From positions 1 through 64,000 of the forward strand of contig NIVC01001275.1 of assembly GCA_002269645.1 (NCBI GenBank): DNA of 64,000 bases, read 5' to 3'. Positions 40,901-55,535 of this stretch are shown here, one piece after another. Within the stretch, counting starts at the first letter, position 1. Each line of letters starts with the position of its first letter. The stretch is from Macrostomum lignano (Eukaryota). The notes beneath the pieces are model-generated. The model searched no databases. It was not told where the DNA came from and worked only from the letters and a program-made list of their open reading frames with translations. The translations under genes and the position numbers were made by a program.

Positions 40901-43582
40901 TCAAGTGTCAGCCCTTTCTGCATTCTCAGCCTTCTTCTTCAGCCGCCTGACGGCCAGCAGACGAACGAACAGCTCGACAAATTCGAACGTGCTGATGATG
41001 GACACGCCCAGCCAGAGGCCCAGAATGCCGCCAATGTCCGAGGCCAGGTTCCTGGCTAGGTAGGCCGGGGTCTCCAGCACGCGGTTGCCACGCGTGGAAT
41101 GGCTGTATATATTTAGTCTGGCGAACGATTTGATGGCCTCCAGCGACTGGTTCTCCAGGCTGCGCCGAATCTCAGCCAGGGTGACGAGGTCGTCACCGCG
41201 CTGTCTGGCCAGCTCCGTTGTGGCGTCGACACGACGCAGCAGCGCCTCCTGGGTCTCCTCCGCGTCGCTGGGCCAGCGGTTCTGGGTCACGCGCATCTCG
41301 TACCTGGTGTTGCGGCACCGCAGGGGGCAGCTGTGCCCCGAGCCGGACGTGCGCTTGTGAATCTCTTCAACAGCATCGTCGTGACATCGGCGCCGATTTT
41401 GGGCGGCTCTGTGCGCCTCAGCGTCGGTGCTGTCGTCTTCCGATGGCGCTACGTTGGCGCCACCTTTAGCGCTGTCGGCGCCGGCTTGCAGCAGGGTGTC
41501 CCGGTCGATGTTGTGGCAGTAGTGGAACACTTTGCCGCCGCCGGAGTCGATGCCAACGGTGCCAAAGGTCGCCGGCAGGGGCAAAGTCTCGGACACGCAG
41601 GTACAGTTTTTGTGCAGGAAATCCTGGTACGTTTTCACCAGACAGTCGCGAAGAGTGTATCTGAGAATTTGTTTGTTTAATGATGTGTATAAAAGATAGT
41701 CTTCTATTTAGCAATTAAGATCACCTGACGAAGAGAACGAACTCTGTAACCGGTTCTGGTTTATTGAAGTTTGAATCTCACGTTTGGACACACGTAGGTA
41801 CAATTATAAAACCCCACAATGGTTCCCTGATTAGGAGTTCATTTATTCGAATGTGAATTTCTGACACCTTTTGTCACTGCTCTGTAGACCTGACAATGTG
41901 CTTTTTAACTTGTTGTTTCTTTGGTTTCGTTGTACGTAGAATTTCCGGAACTTTCAAGCATGACTTGCGAGGGGTTCAATGAACTTGTAGCTGTCAACGT
42001 TGGCAAACTTTTGAAGAGGAACACGCAATGACAGAGAGTGGTCGCAGTTATTTCCATCGAAGCCTGACGCTCCGAAAAGCGGAATAAAAATTCGCCTTGA
42101 GGGCTGCTCAAAATTGATTCGCCCCGACCAGACTAAGTAATGAATCCCCAGCACATTGCTCTCCTAAAAGCGGAATTGGAATTTCTAGATTTCAAATCCG
42201 ATAGGAAATTTTATTTCCACCCTTCGTGCAGCCGGTCTGTTGCCATCGGATCATTACGAGCGTAGGATATTGGGATTGGATGTGGATGAGACGCGTTGGA
42301 ATTGATTCTGTTAGTTGTTTGATGGGACAGTCGACTCAAGAAGCTTACAAGTTAAGCTAGCTTTATCAGTCTGAGCTATAAGAGAAAACAAATCGTACTC
42401 GTACTCAACATCTTCAACAATTTTTTTAGACTAGAATCTAGATAATTGTTTAGATAATTGTAGAAAATTATGGCTTAAGAAATCCGCGATTGCAGACTTC
42501 AGAAATTCTCCAATTGAAACTGCAATCTGATCAACTGGCGGAGTTTCACTTGGAGAATTTGTTGAAATTCACCTGTACTCTCGTGTGTGGCCGTGTCGAT
42601 CAAGGAATTGGATTGGCTGCAGCTGCAGCTCCTCCTCGGTCTTGCAGTTGCGCAGCACTGTCTCTTCCGTGTAGCCCAGCTGCACGTAGGTGCTGGTTGT
42701 TTCCTGGACGTAGAATCCCTCAAGCAGGTCGGGTCGCGTCCCCTGTTCGTGGATGACGACGCGGAATCCCCGGGTGTAGCTCAGCGACTCCTCTTCCGTG
42801 AGAAGGTTCATCGTGTCCCCGACGTACAGGATCACGCGCAATCCTCCGTCGCGCTCTCCGCCAACGAGGAGATGCCGCTCAGTGGGCGAGAAGGTAAAGC
42901 AGCTGAAGAAGTTCGGGTCAACGTATGCCGCAAAGCTTTCATAGCTGCAGTCATTCCCGGCAAAGTCGCAGTGAATGAACATCTCCTGTCGCTGCTTGGT
43001 CACATTAATTTCCTGTAGGTATGTTTTAAGCGAGTTCAACAGATCCGCGTTGATATCTCCGTCATCGAGTTGGTTTGCCGGATCCCAGACTCGCCTGATG
43101 CTAGCCACCAGGTCGGACATGGTCATGTTGTCCAGACTGGGCACCTTTGGGTTTGTCATGAACCGCAATCGGCTGAAGTGACTAGTGGCGCAAATAGTCA
43201 CATCTGGAAACACGAACGGTGTGCTGTAAACGCTTGTCTCCGTGTTTACTGGGCCCTCGATAAACCTGCTGAACAGGGAGACCAGGTGAGCGCTAAATCC
43301 AGAAAAGGCCGTGACGATAATGCAAATCCAGGCAAGCTTGTGCCACGTACTGCCGCTCTGAAACACCTTGTGAAATCCGTGCGCCGAGGTGCACGTGCAA
43401 AACTCCTTTATCAGCTTCTCCGAGGGACTATCGCCGAACTTTTCTCTGCGAAGCTGGCGAACCATCTTCATCAGACGGTTAGGACGAAAGTTGCCGGCGC
43501 GCTCATTTTCCAGTCCAACCCCCAGGCGGGTCAGGGGCACCGTCACCTCCTCTGGGACCTCGCCCTCTATTGCTGGCTCCAT
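40901..43582 (-). CDS. DEG/ENaC channel subunit 2, intact; complement(join(40901..41660,42573..43582)), 589 aa
   Basis: Motifs TSAHG, TM1 KLAWICIIVTAFSGF, FVFPDVTIC, FFSCFTF, GFRVVIHEQG, thumb Cys, and TM2 LASDIGGILGLWLGVSIISTFEFVE. The phase-2 intron 41661-42572 joins EYR|YTLRDCLVKTYQ; 1770 nt with no frameshift. Confidence 0.92.
41718..41762 (+). ncRNA. Probable decayed hammerhead ribozyme relic in the ENaC-2 intron
   Basis: CUGACGA-A-GAG(AACGAA)CUC-U-GUAA-CCGGUU, with a palindromic ACCGGU stem III and a 6-bp stem I (AGAUCA/UGGUUU). The core GAAA is mutated to GUAA and there is one extra U. Confidence 0.4.
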
Positions 43583-45159
43583 TCTGCAATAGAATTCCAA
43601 CTTTTTGGGGTTGTATCCAGAACAGATCGATAGCTAGATGACAGGCAGTAAATATACGACTGTCGAAATGTCGCGTTTTGACAAGATTTTTTTCACAGTG
43701 TCTTTATCCCCAGGCTCTTGGCCCTAACTGGCTAGATCTGCCCCCGGCGGTCTGACCCAATAGCAACTGGGCGAGCTCGCGTGCTGTCTGACTCCTTGAG
43801 CCACAGATGCGCGAGTTCGAGCTGAGGTCTGGTCACGTCGTGTGTACTTCAGTTGATAGATTTGAATTGCTATTCATACTCGTACATTTATACATGCATG
43901 GCTTTGAATAATGTTATAAATGTAGTTAACATTTTATTTATGACTGCACACAATTTCTCTTGGGATAGGTTGAAGATAGTCAGGCATGCATATACGAGCT
44001 AGATTACGGTTAGCTGTCATACGCTCGTAAAATAAGTAAAAACTTTAAAATTAATGCTTTAAATGGCTTTAGCAATTTCTATAGTTGGTAAACTCCAACA
44101 GACTGTCTGAAGCATCGCGATAACCAGACTTGACTCGTAGTAGCCTCTACGAGCGTGAGGCTGTATGCGTCCCCGACAGAATCAGCCGCGTGTTAAGTGC
44201 ATGCATTATTTCAGTGCTTGTGTATATTTAACGTCATTGATATTGTACGTCATTCTGCTCTTTTAGAATCATAAATTAAAAATTTACAAAGCGCTAATTT
44301 TGCATTTTACTTCAACTTTGACTTTGGTTTAACCTTGTAGCTATAGTCGATACAGTTAAAAATCCCCTGAATGTGCCTGAAAATTAGCTACATATACTGT
44401 AACCTTTGTACTGTGCCGGCCTGGGTATGTTTCGTTGCATTTCTAAGAAGCGACGAAGGCTATTATGGCAAGTCAGAAATAATCTGTTGTGATGGTTCGT
44501 CAATATTAATTAGCATTCGCATTCGTTTCACAGCCTCTAACATTGTTCTTTTAATGATGTTAGTGGCGAGCTGGTGTTGGTGCTGTATGGTCTTGAATTT
44601 ATTTTCTCAAGTAATTTCGACTATTATTGCTACTATGATCAGCGCATTTGCTGCCTATCTGTTGAAATTCGTGCAGCTTCCGATGTGGCTACATAGTACA
44701 CAAATTTAAGACAAGTATAATTCTCAACCTTTTCTGATTGCTAACACATTATCAGTTGTACTAGATGGTCGATGGATCACACAATTGACTTTTTAAAAGG
44801 CGTTTACACTATAAAGGCTCTATAACATACACAAATGCAGACTACATGTACCACACAATATTATTTTAAACAAGCTGTTGAAACCCGCGGATTTTGAACC
44901 CGTGGAATTCCAATCCCCGGAACTACTTTTGCATGTATTCTGAAATCTAAGGCCATACACAAACAAATTAATGTTAGTAGGATAGAGGTAGACATAAAAT
45001 GGAGCACATTTGTGTAAAATTAAAGTTTGAGGCAAACGTTGATATTGTTTCCTGGGGTACTCCACAGAATGCCAGGCAATGTCTGTCTGACTCTAAAACA
45101 TGTATTGGCAAACTCAGGCCTTTCCCTGACTCTCCCTACGTCCCTTAGATCCTTTAAAA

Positions 45160-46790
<1,631 letters not shown>

Positions 46791-47629
46791 ACCGGTATTC
46801 CTTCTCCTTTCCACTCTCATCTGGCCCGCACATAAGCTAGATTTTTTATCTGGCTTTTGAAGTAAAAGTCTGCCGATCCCTGCTTCGAAAGCCAGTTTGT
46901 GGGACGTACTACTCTCATCGTTATTCTCATGCTTTGATCACGTCATCTTTCTTGCCAATTTGCAGCCCTGAAAGGAATTTGTGTATCTTCAGCTCCACTG
47001 CAGTCTGCATCAGTCTAACAACCAAGGAAATACGCATTTCTTAGGAGGCCATTTAAGTACTTTTAAGAGACGCTTAAAATTTCCATGGTGTGCGGTGTGC
47101 CTAATTTAGTAGGGTTGTATTTCATTGCATCGCATCGCCTTTTCATAAATATTTCGCTTTTACAAACCGTGCTGGATTGCCTCGATTTGCCAATTGCCAT
47201 CCACTGTTAAACTGCTGCAGAGTTTGCCTATACAGAGGGGAGGGCAGTGGTTAGAATTCTCACTAAACTGTTATGGCTAAACGTAGCCTCTCCACTCTCG
47301 GGGTGCGAGATTGCGAGAAGGCTATAGATAAAGTTATTCCAAACACTGTACATTTGCAATGTACATTCAGTCCTATCGCCTGACCCTTCGTCTGGCTCTG
47401 GGGGAATGAGTGAGTGAGTGGCACAAACAACAGAAAAAGCAGACAAACTTCACATGCTTACAGTTTCTTTTTCGGTTGAGTTACAGAGTTGAAACTTTAC
47501 ATTTAGATAGAGAATGAGTCAATGAAGAATTGTGTCAAGTTGGGAGTCAATCGCTTTACGTGGAGCAAACTTATGGCAGCTGAAAGTTAGTCAATTTTGA
47601 AACCATTTTACACATCTGGGCCCAGATCG

Positions 47630-48035
47630 GGATCGGGAAAGAGAGGCAGGCGGGCGGAGGTTGGGGTGGTTGCTACGCTGAAAAAAACAGCCTAACTTTA
47701 AAAGTGCACAGCACCGCTCAGGATTAACTTTGAGACTCGAAATTTTACACAATTGTGCCAAAATAGTTAAAGATCATCTGTGTCAAATTGGAAGAGAATC
47801 GGTAGAAGTGGAGCGGCGCTATGGAGGATTAAGTGAAAAAATCGCGCATTTTGAGCAGTTTTTTGCACTTTTAGGTGGGAAGACTCAAATTTAGGAAATT
47901 TTAAGGTAGCCTAAGACATTCTCCGTAGTAAGTTTAGGGTGGGTGTAAAGTTTGGTGTAATTTGGTTGAGCGGTTTGGGAGTCCATAGCGATCAAAATTG
48001 TCCACACACAGACAGAGTTTTGACTTTTATAGGTA
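47630..48035. mobile_element. Putative non-autonomous interspersed element (Helitron/Helentron-like 3' end: ...CACACACAGACAGAG-TTTTGACTTTTATAGGTA)
   Basis: The 3' end resembles the short-microsatellite-plus-TTTTA(G)TA ends of rolling-circle non-autonomous elements; this is similarity by eye only. Confidence 0.3.
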
Positions 48036-49773
48036 GACGAGTGGAACTCCTCCTTTGGAGGAGAAAGGGGAAGAACTCCCATCACCGGAATTCCATTCCC
48101 TGAATTATCCATCAACTGAAATTCCATGTCTTGAATCCCATCTTCCAAATCGTCTCCAAATTCTTTACAAACCTTTCAAAGACCATAGCTCAAAGACTCT
48201 TACGTCTCTCATATCTACTCTCTCCTCTCTTCGCTATTATCGTGACTCGCTTCTCTCTCCTCTCTCTCATCTCATCTCTACCCCTACTCTCTTATTTATC
48301 TCTACTCCCTTATTTATCTCTTCTCCCTCGTCTTTCGTCTTTCTCTTCTCCCTCTCCTGTTTACTCTCCTATCTTCTATCTTATCTCTCCCCTTTTCTCT
48401 CCTCTCTCATATCTCATCTCTAATCACTTATCTATCGTCTCCGCTCTACTTTCTCTCTTCCCTTTTCTCTCTTCTCTCTGCTCTCATTTCTCGTATCTCT
48501 TATACGCTCTCAACCTCTCCTTTCTTATCTCCCATTTTTCTTCCCTCCTTTCTACTGCATCACCTGTCTCCTCTCCTCTCTTTTCTCTCCTCTCCATTCT
48601 CTCTTCTCTCCTCTCATCTCCCCTCATCTCTTCTCTAATCTCTAATCTCTTCTCTCTCTTATTTTCTCACTCATCTCTTTTCTCATTGCATCTCTCATCT
48701 CTCCTCTCTCTCCTCTCATCTGTACTATCTTATTTATCTCTTCTCCCAGGTCTTTCAAATTTACTCTCTCCTGTCTCCTCTCTCCCCTCGTCTTTCCTCT
48801 CTCATATCTCTTCTCTACTCACTTATCTATTCTCTCTCCTCTGCTCCCCTTTTACACTTTCCTATATGCTTTCACTCTCACCCTCCCCTTTCTTATCTGC
48901 TGTTTTTACACTCCTTTCTACCACCTGTCTCCTCTCGTTTCTCTCCTCTCTGCACTCTCATCTTTACCCTCTTCTTTCTCCTCACTACTTTCTTCTCTTA
49001 AATCTCTGATCTCTGATCTTTCATCTCTCTCCTCTCACCTCTCACCTCTCTCCTCTCTTTCCTCTCTTCTATTGCCTCTGTACGCTCTTATCCCTCCTTT
49101 CTTCTCTCTCCTGTCTCCTCTCTGCTATCTCACATCTCCTCTCTCATATCCTCTCCCTTCATCTCCTCTCTCCTCTTCTCTTCTCTCTCCTTCGTTCCCG
49201 CCTTACTCCCCTCTTCTCTCCCATCTGTCATGTCTAATCTCTCCACTCATTTCTACTCTGTTTTCTATCATCTCATCTCTCTTCTCTTTTCATTCTTCTC
49301 TTTACTCTCTTCTCTGACTGATTGAAGATGCCAAATCCATCAAGATCCTCTCCGCGAAGCAGAAAAATCCTGTCCGTGCAACTGAAAACCATCGAAATCC
49401 TCTCCGTGAAACTGGACTCCTTCGAAATCCTCTCCTTGAAACTTAAATCCATCAAAATGGTCTCCATAAAACAGAAATCAATCATAAATTATCTCCGCGA
49501 AACAGAAATCCTCTCCGTGAAGCTGAACATCATCGAAATCCTCTCCGTGAAACTGAACATCATCGAAATCCTTTCCACGAAACTGAACACCATTGAAATC
49601 CTCTCCACGAAACTGAACACCATCGAAATCCTCTCCACGAAACTGAACACCATCGAAATCCTCTCCACGAAACAGAAATCCTCTTCGTCAAAATTAAAAC
49701 ATTGAAATCGTCTCTGCTAAACTGGACTCAATCGAATTTTTTCCGTCAAACAACTCAACTCTCCGGATTCATT

Positions 49774-49803
49774 GGTTAGGGTTAGGGTTAGGGTTAGGGT
49801 TAG
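49774..49803 (+). repeat. Interstitial telomeric repeat (TTAGGG)4
   Basis: Direct sequence. Confidence 0.9.
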
Positions 49804-52196
49804 AACTACGCACTGCTTCGTGTTAAAAGGCACTGATAAAAATATTAAACTAATTGAATCAATTCATTGCGCAACTGATTTCACAGTCAGTCAGTCAATC
49901 TAGCCTATGGAGAGAAAAAAGGCGCCAATAATAAAACCAATTGAATCTCGACACAGTCCTATCTATTTACACTGTACAACTGCTATGTACACTCAGCCCA
50001 AGCCCAACCCCCGTTCTGGGGGAAGCATTAAATTTAACTCGACCCCCCAATACGCGGGGGTTTTATTTGCATTGAACGCAGAACACGCGCACCCACCACC
50101 CCTCAATACACAGCGGCCCGCGGGCGGAGGTAGGGGTGGCTATTTTTACAAACTGGCTGCAGCCCCAGTCAGAGTGGCCAAAGAAGGTTATTGGGGGTTA
50201 AAAAAGCAGTTTTCTGCGTTTTTAGGGATGTTAAAATGTGAAAATTAAAAATTAAAATAGCCTAAAGCCTGCTCCGGAAAATTTGCAGTTTTCCCATATA
50301 AGTTTCGACGCTGACTTGGCAGTATTGTAGGAGTTCACTTGCTACATACAGACAGACAGACAGACAAACATCGCGTCGGTTTTAGTATTAGGACGAGTGG
50401 AACTCCTCCTCCGGAGGAGATAGGGGAAGAAATCCCATCACCGGAATTCCATTCCCTGAAATCCATCAGCTGAAATCCCATGACTTAAACCCCATCTTCC
50501 AAATCGTCTCCAAATACTCTGTAAGGCCTTTCAAATATCATATCTTGTTTTCCATGTTTGCAAAAACTGACTGCCATTGTCTAGACTCAGAGTCTTCTGT
50601 CTCCTCTCTCCTCTTTGCTATCTCATCTCTAGTCTCTCATCTGTCCACTCTCATCTCTACTGTCTTATGTATCATCTCTCATCTCCCAACTCTGCGTCCT
50701 GCGCTCTCATTTTTCTCCTTTCTCCTCTCATCTTCTCCCCCTCTCTTCTCTTCTCTGTAATCTCTTCTGTCTCTTCTTTTCTCGCTCATCTATTTTCTCA
50801 TCGCATCTGTAATCCCACCTCTCCCATATCTATTCTCTTTTCTACCATCTCTCCTCTCTTCTCTGTTCACTTCTCTCTAATCGATCTTATCTGACTGACT
50901 GAAGGTGGCGAATCGATTGAGCTCCTCTCCACGAAACAAAAATCTATTAAAATTCTCTCTCATTTTATCTCTACCCCTACTCCCTTATTTATCACTTTTC
51001 TCTTATGTTCTCACTCATCTCTTTTCTCATCGCATCTCTCATCTCTCCTCTCCTCACTACTTTCCTCTCTTAACTCTCTCATCTCTGATCTTCCATTTAT
51101 CTCCTCTCTCCTCTCTCTTCTCCTCTCGCTTCTCTCTCCTCTCTCTCATCTCATCTCTACACCCTTATTTACCTCTTCTCCCTCGTCTTTCGTCTGTACC
51201 CTCTCCTGTCTCTTGTATCTCCTCTCATACATGTATCTCTCCTCTTCACTTCTGTCTCCTGTCTCCTCTCTTCTTTCTTATCTCTCCCCTCTTCTCTCCT
51301 CTCTCATCTCTCATTTACTCTCTCATGTCTTTACTCTCTTATCTCTCTCCTCTAACCTCTATCTTTTCTTTTTCTCTCTCCTCTCTGCTCCTATTTTTCA
51401 TATCTCCTATATGCTCTCACCCTTTCCTTTCTTATCTCCATCTTTCTTCCTTCCTTTCTACCATCTCTTATCTCCTCTCTTCTCTCTTTTCTATCCTTTC
51501 TATTCTCTCTTCTCTCCTCTCATTTTCTACCTTCTCTATTCTCTAATCTCTTCTCTCCTATTTTCTCACTCTCTTTTCTCATTGCATCTCTCATCTCTCC
51601 TCTCTGCACTCTTATCTTTAACCCTCTTCTTTCTCCTTACTGCTTATTTCTCATAACTCTCACATTTTTTCTGATCTTTATTCTCTCTCCCTTCTCCTCT
51701 CTCTTCTCTCTCCTCTCTCTCTTCTCTTCTCTCTCCTTCGTTCCCGCCTTACTCCCCTCTTCTCTCCCATCTGTCATGTCTAATCTCTCCACTCATTTCT
51801 ACTGTTTTCTATCATCTCATCTCTCTTCTCTTTTCATTCTTCTCTTTACTCTCTTCTCTGACTGATTGAAGATGCCAAATCCATCAAGATCCTCTCCGCG
51901 AAGCAGAAATCCTCTCCGTGAAGCTGAACATAATCGAAATCCTCTCCTTGAAACTTAAATCCATCAAAATCGTCTCCATAAAACAGAAATCAATCATAAA
52001 TTATCTCCGCGAAACAGAAATCCTCTCCGTGAAGCTGAACATCATCGAAATCCTCTCCGTGAAACTGAACACCATCGAAATCCTCTACACGAAACAGAAA
52101 TCCTCTCCGTCAAAATTAAAACATTGAAATCGTCTCCGCTAAACTGGACTCAATCGAATTTTTTGACGTCAAACAACTCAACTCTCCGGATTCATT

Positions 52197-52226
52197 GGTT
52201 AGGGTTAGGGTTAGGGTTAGGGTTAG
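52197..52226 (+). repeat. Interstitial telomeric repeat (TTAGGG)4, duplicate copy
   Basis: Same flanks as 49774 (CCGGATTCATTGG...TAGAAC). Confidence 0.9.
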
Positions 52227-54597
52227 AACGCACAGCTTCGTGTTAAAAGGCACTGATAAAAATATTGAACTAATTGAATCAATTCATTGCGCAACCGATT
52301 TCACAGTCAGTCAGTATCAGTCTCAGTTAAAGTTCACAAAACATTGCGCAATCTAAATCAACCCTCCAATACACAGCAGCAGTGAGAAGTTGAACCCTTC
52401 CCCAACTTTATCTATTACGTCTCGCAAAACTGAGTACAATTTTTGCAGAAAGTTAAAAGTATGGAAATAGTTTTTTAAATGCGGTGCTTTTTCTTTTCAT
52501 ATTTAAAGCAACACAACTTATATCCCAGAACTCAGCGTTGCAAGATCTTTCCAGCAATATAAGTCTCTCCTCTCAAAGTTTAAAACTCAAGGAACAGTTA
52601 GCGTTTGAAATTTACCGATTTCCCGACTGCTTGCTAGAGAAGCTCGCAATTCATTGAATTTCACTGCTAAGCTAATACACAGGGATGCCTATGGAGAAAA
52701 AAAGGCGCCAATAATAAAACCAAATGAATCTCGACACAGTCCTATCTATCTGTTTACACTGTACAACTGCTATGTACACTCAGCCCAAGCCCAACCCCCC
52801 GTTCTGGGGGAAGCATTAAATTTAACTGAACCCTACAACACGCGGGGGGTTTTATTTGCATTGAACCCAGAACACGCGCACCCACCACCCCTCAATACAC
52901 AGCGGCCCGCGGGCGGAGGTTGGGGTGGCTATTTTTACAAACTGGCTTCAGCCCCAGGCAGAGTAGCCAAAGAAGGTTATTGGGGGTTAAAAAAGCAGTT
53001 TTCTGCTTTTTTAGGGATGTTAAAATGTGAAAATTAAAAATTAAAATAGCCTAAAGCCTGCTCCGGAAAATTTGCAGTTTTCCCATATAAGTTTCAACGC
53101 TGACTTGGCAGAATTGTAGGAGTTCACTTACTACATACAGACAGACAGACAAACATCGCGTCAGTTTTAGTATAAGGGGAGAGAAGAGGAGAGATTGTTT
53201 CAAGTCAAATCACAGTTTTATTTTAAATACTTGCAAAGCGATCAACTATTTTTAATCTTCCAGTAACCAAGAGCAAAGCATATATTGGACTGGGTTAGGG
53301 TTATAAGACTGACTTAATGGTCCGATGTAGTTTTGATTGTTAACATAATATATGATTCTATTTTAGACTTATTCTTTCTAATTACAGTTAGTCCTTCTTC
53401 CATAGTGGAGATCATGCTAATTGTAAACACCTGATTGAAAAGCAAAAAAACATAATTTCATGGGAATGTACGCCAAACTTCTATACTTTGTTATACTTTT
53501 AACATTGCAACGGTAAACGTATTGAATTAAAATACGCCAAACGATACATTAAATATATATACCAAATTTATGACCGGATTTTCGGTTCCCCGTTCAGTTC
53601 CACGAAACTAAATCAACAAAAAATCAAATGCACACTACAGCAAATGCAAGGAAAAGCTTTCTAAAATTAAACTAAAAGCATTTTTGCAATATAACATCTG
53701 AGTAGACTTTACACCAAAAATATATTTTCAATTGAACATCTGTGAGCTTCATGGCATATCCCGAATGCTGAAATGGAGAGATTTCTTCGTGCTTTTTTAT
53801 CTGTTGTGGAGACGCATCGTTCGCCACAGCGGCAAAAAACACCTGGGCTTGTTTGGCAACGCTGGCAACCTCGACATCTTTTCTTCGTCTGTTGAAAGCA
53901 CAGAGAAGTGAATTCAAGCGTTGTCGGCATAATGGAAGACCGAGATGCTGATTGTGTCTGCTGACGTCACAGCGGACCTAAAACACGCCACGGTGCAGAC
54001 GCACGCTGCCAGCAGTGGTTCATCACACCAGCGGTCTGGTGCTCCATGTGGAGGAGAACCTTTCATATGAGGGGGCCAGGCCCGAACCCATTGATCAATC
54101 CTACGTGTTCTCTATACACTAATCTTTGCAATCTGAACCGTATGTCATCACAGCCTTAAAAGGATCCCCTGATAAAAATCCTTCAGTAATGATCCTGGAG
54201 TTCCCGATTTGTGCCCAAGCAGAGTCCCATTATTCGGCTGCATGCTGCTCCCTGCTAGCTCAAACCCTTGATACCCATCCCAGGCGGGGCTCTGGCACCA
54301 GGTCACACAGAGTGGTGACAGCTGTGGGTCATGCAATAACCCGATTACCAAATTTTCACCTTAGATTAGCTATCGATGGGGCACATGTGGGCCCTTACCC
54401 CTCAGGTCTCTATAATAACACCACCAAAAAGCTATCAATAATGGGCGGGACAACCTGAAGGCGATCTGTCGGTCATAGCCTGGTCAATAGACGGCTGGCA
54501 GCCATCCCTATAGTCATACGATCTGATCCTTCCTCCATGAGAAGACGGTTCACTGGGGCGATTACATACATGTAAATTATCATATCAGTTCGACACT

Positions 54598-55535
54598 TCA
54601 TCAGTTCTGCAGGGCGACACTTTAGCGCCGTTTCTCTTGGTGCTGCTGCTGAACTGGGTGCTTCGGACCGCAGTCCCCTCGGCTAACGACGGCTTCCTGC
54701 TGCGCAGACGCATCGGTCGCCGCCACGGCGAAAAGCGCCTTATATATACGTGCAGCGTGCTCGGCTACGCCGACGACCTCGCCCTCCTGTCCTCGTCCGT
54801 TGAAGGCGCCCAGCGCCAGATCGACAGGTTGGTCGAGGTGGCATCGAGCGTCGGACTGGTTGTCAACACGCTGAAAACTGAGGTGCTGACTGTGCCGGCC
54901 AACATCCCAGCGGACCTGACATGTCGCTTCGCAGACGGGCAGACGACCACGCTCGCACGCTGCCAGCGCGCGGTTCACCTACCTCGGCGGTCTGGTGCCT
55001 CACGTGGAGGAAGACCTCCGGCGGCGCCGAGGTCTTGCCTGGACAGCCTTCCGTTCAATCCGGGCCGACGTCCAGTCCGAAGCGCTGCCCGACCGCCAGA
55101 GGGCTCGGCTGTGGCAGGCGGTGGTCGAAACCGTTACTGCTCTACAACCCCGAGACATGGACACTGACGGCTACGCTAGAGTGGCAGCTGGACTCTCGGC
55201 GAACTCAGGCTGCTCCGTGCGGCCTTTCGAGCTGACGAGAGCGTCGGGACCGAGGCCCTTGTACGATCGGGCTAAGCTGCAGCGCCCGTCCACCATCCTG
55301 CGCCGGCGGCGAATTCAACTGATGGGTCACACGTACGTGATCCGGGCAGGCGGGGTCAGGCCCAAACCCGTCGATACGTGAACTGCCTCCTACGCGACGC
55401 GAGGCCGCGCCCGACACTGCCAAATGCAACGGGGCGGACTTCGTCCGCTCTCAGGCGCTGCGGCGCGCCATCTGACGCACCCTGCTCTGTGACTTTGCTT
55501 GCGGGGCTGCGTAATTTGTTGTTATTGTTGTTGTT
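54598..55535 (+). mobile_element. 5'-truncated, frameshifted non-LTR retrotransposon (LINE, RTE/RTEX-like) reverse-transcriptase fragment
   Basis: VLQGDTLAPFLLVLLLNWVLR, GYADDLALLSSSVEGAQRQIDRL, GLVVNTLKTEVL, LLYNPETWTLT and RRRRIQLMGH; (TTG)n-like tail at ~55517-55535. Confidence 0.88.

Larger units (their letters stand above)
48036..53172. mobile_element. Direct tandem duplication of a composite unit (copy 1 ~48036-50392, copy 2 ~50393-53172)
   Basis: Both copies have the same order: GACGAGTGGAACTCCTCC..GGAGGAG hairpin block, CT-rich tract, 30-bp AAATCCTCTCCGTGAAACTGAACACCATCG repeats, (TTAGGG)4, and a conserved ~600-bp block ending CAGACAGACAAACATCGCGTC.GTTTTAGTAT. Copy 2 has ~340 extra bp at ~52316-52665. 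Confidence 0.8.

Noticed and set aside
41900-42154. Possible extra ENaC-2 exon (short minus-strand ORFs within the intron)
   Set aside because: The flanking exons already join in phase with a continuous channel alignment, and these ORFs show no DEG/ENaC motif.
49774-52226. True chromosome end or telomere fusion
   Set aside because: Only four TTAGGG units, same orientation, with identical flanks in both copies and ordinary genes on both sides.
49907-53037. Duplicated ORFs ending GMLKCEN and the IEILSVKLN repeat ORFs as a conserved gene pair
   Set aside because: They lie inside the duplicated repeat unit, differ by frameshifting indels, and match no protein family I recognise.
53709-53930. 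Cys-rich minus-strand ORF reminiscent of a piggyBac C-terminal domain
   Set aside because: Cys spacing does not fit convincingly, and no DDD transposase sequence or TTAA-flanked TIRs are visible.
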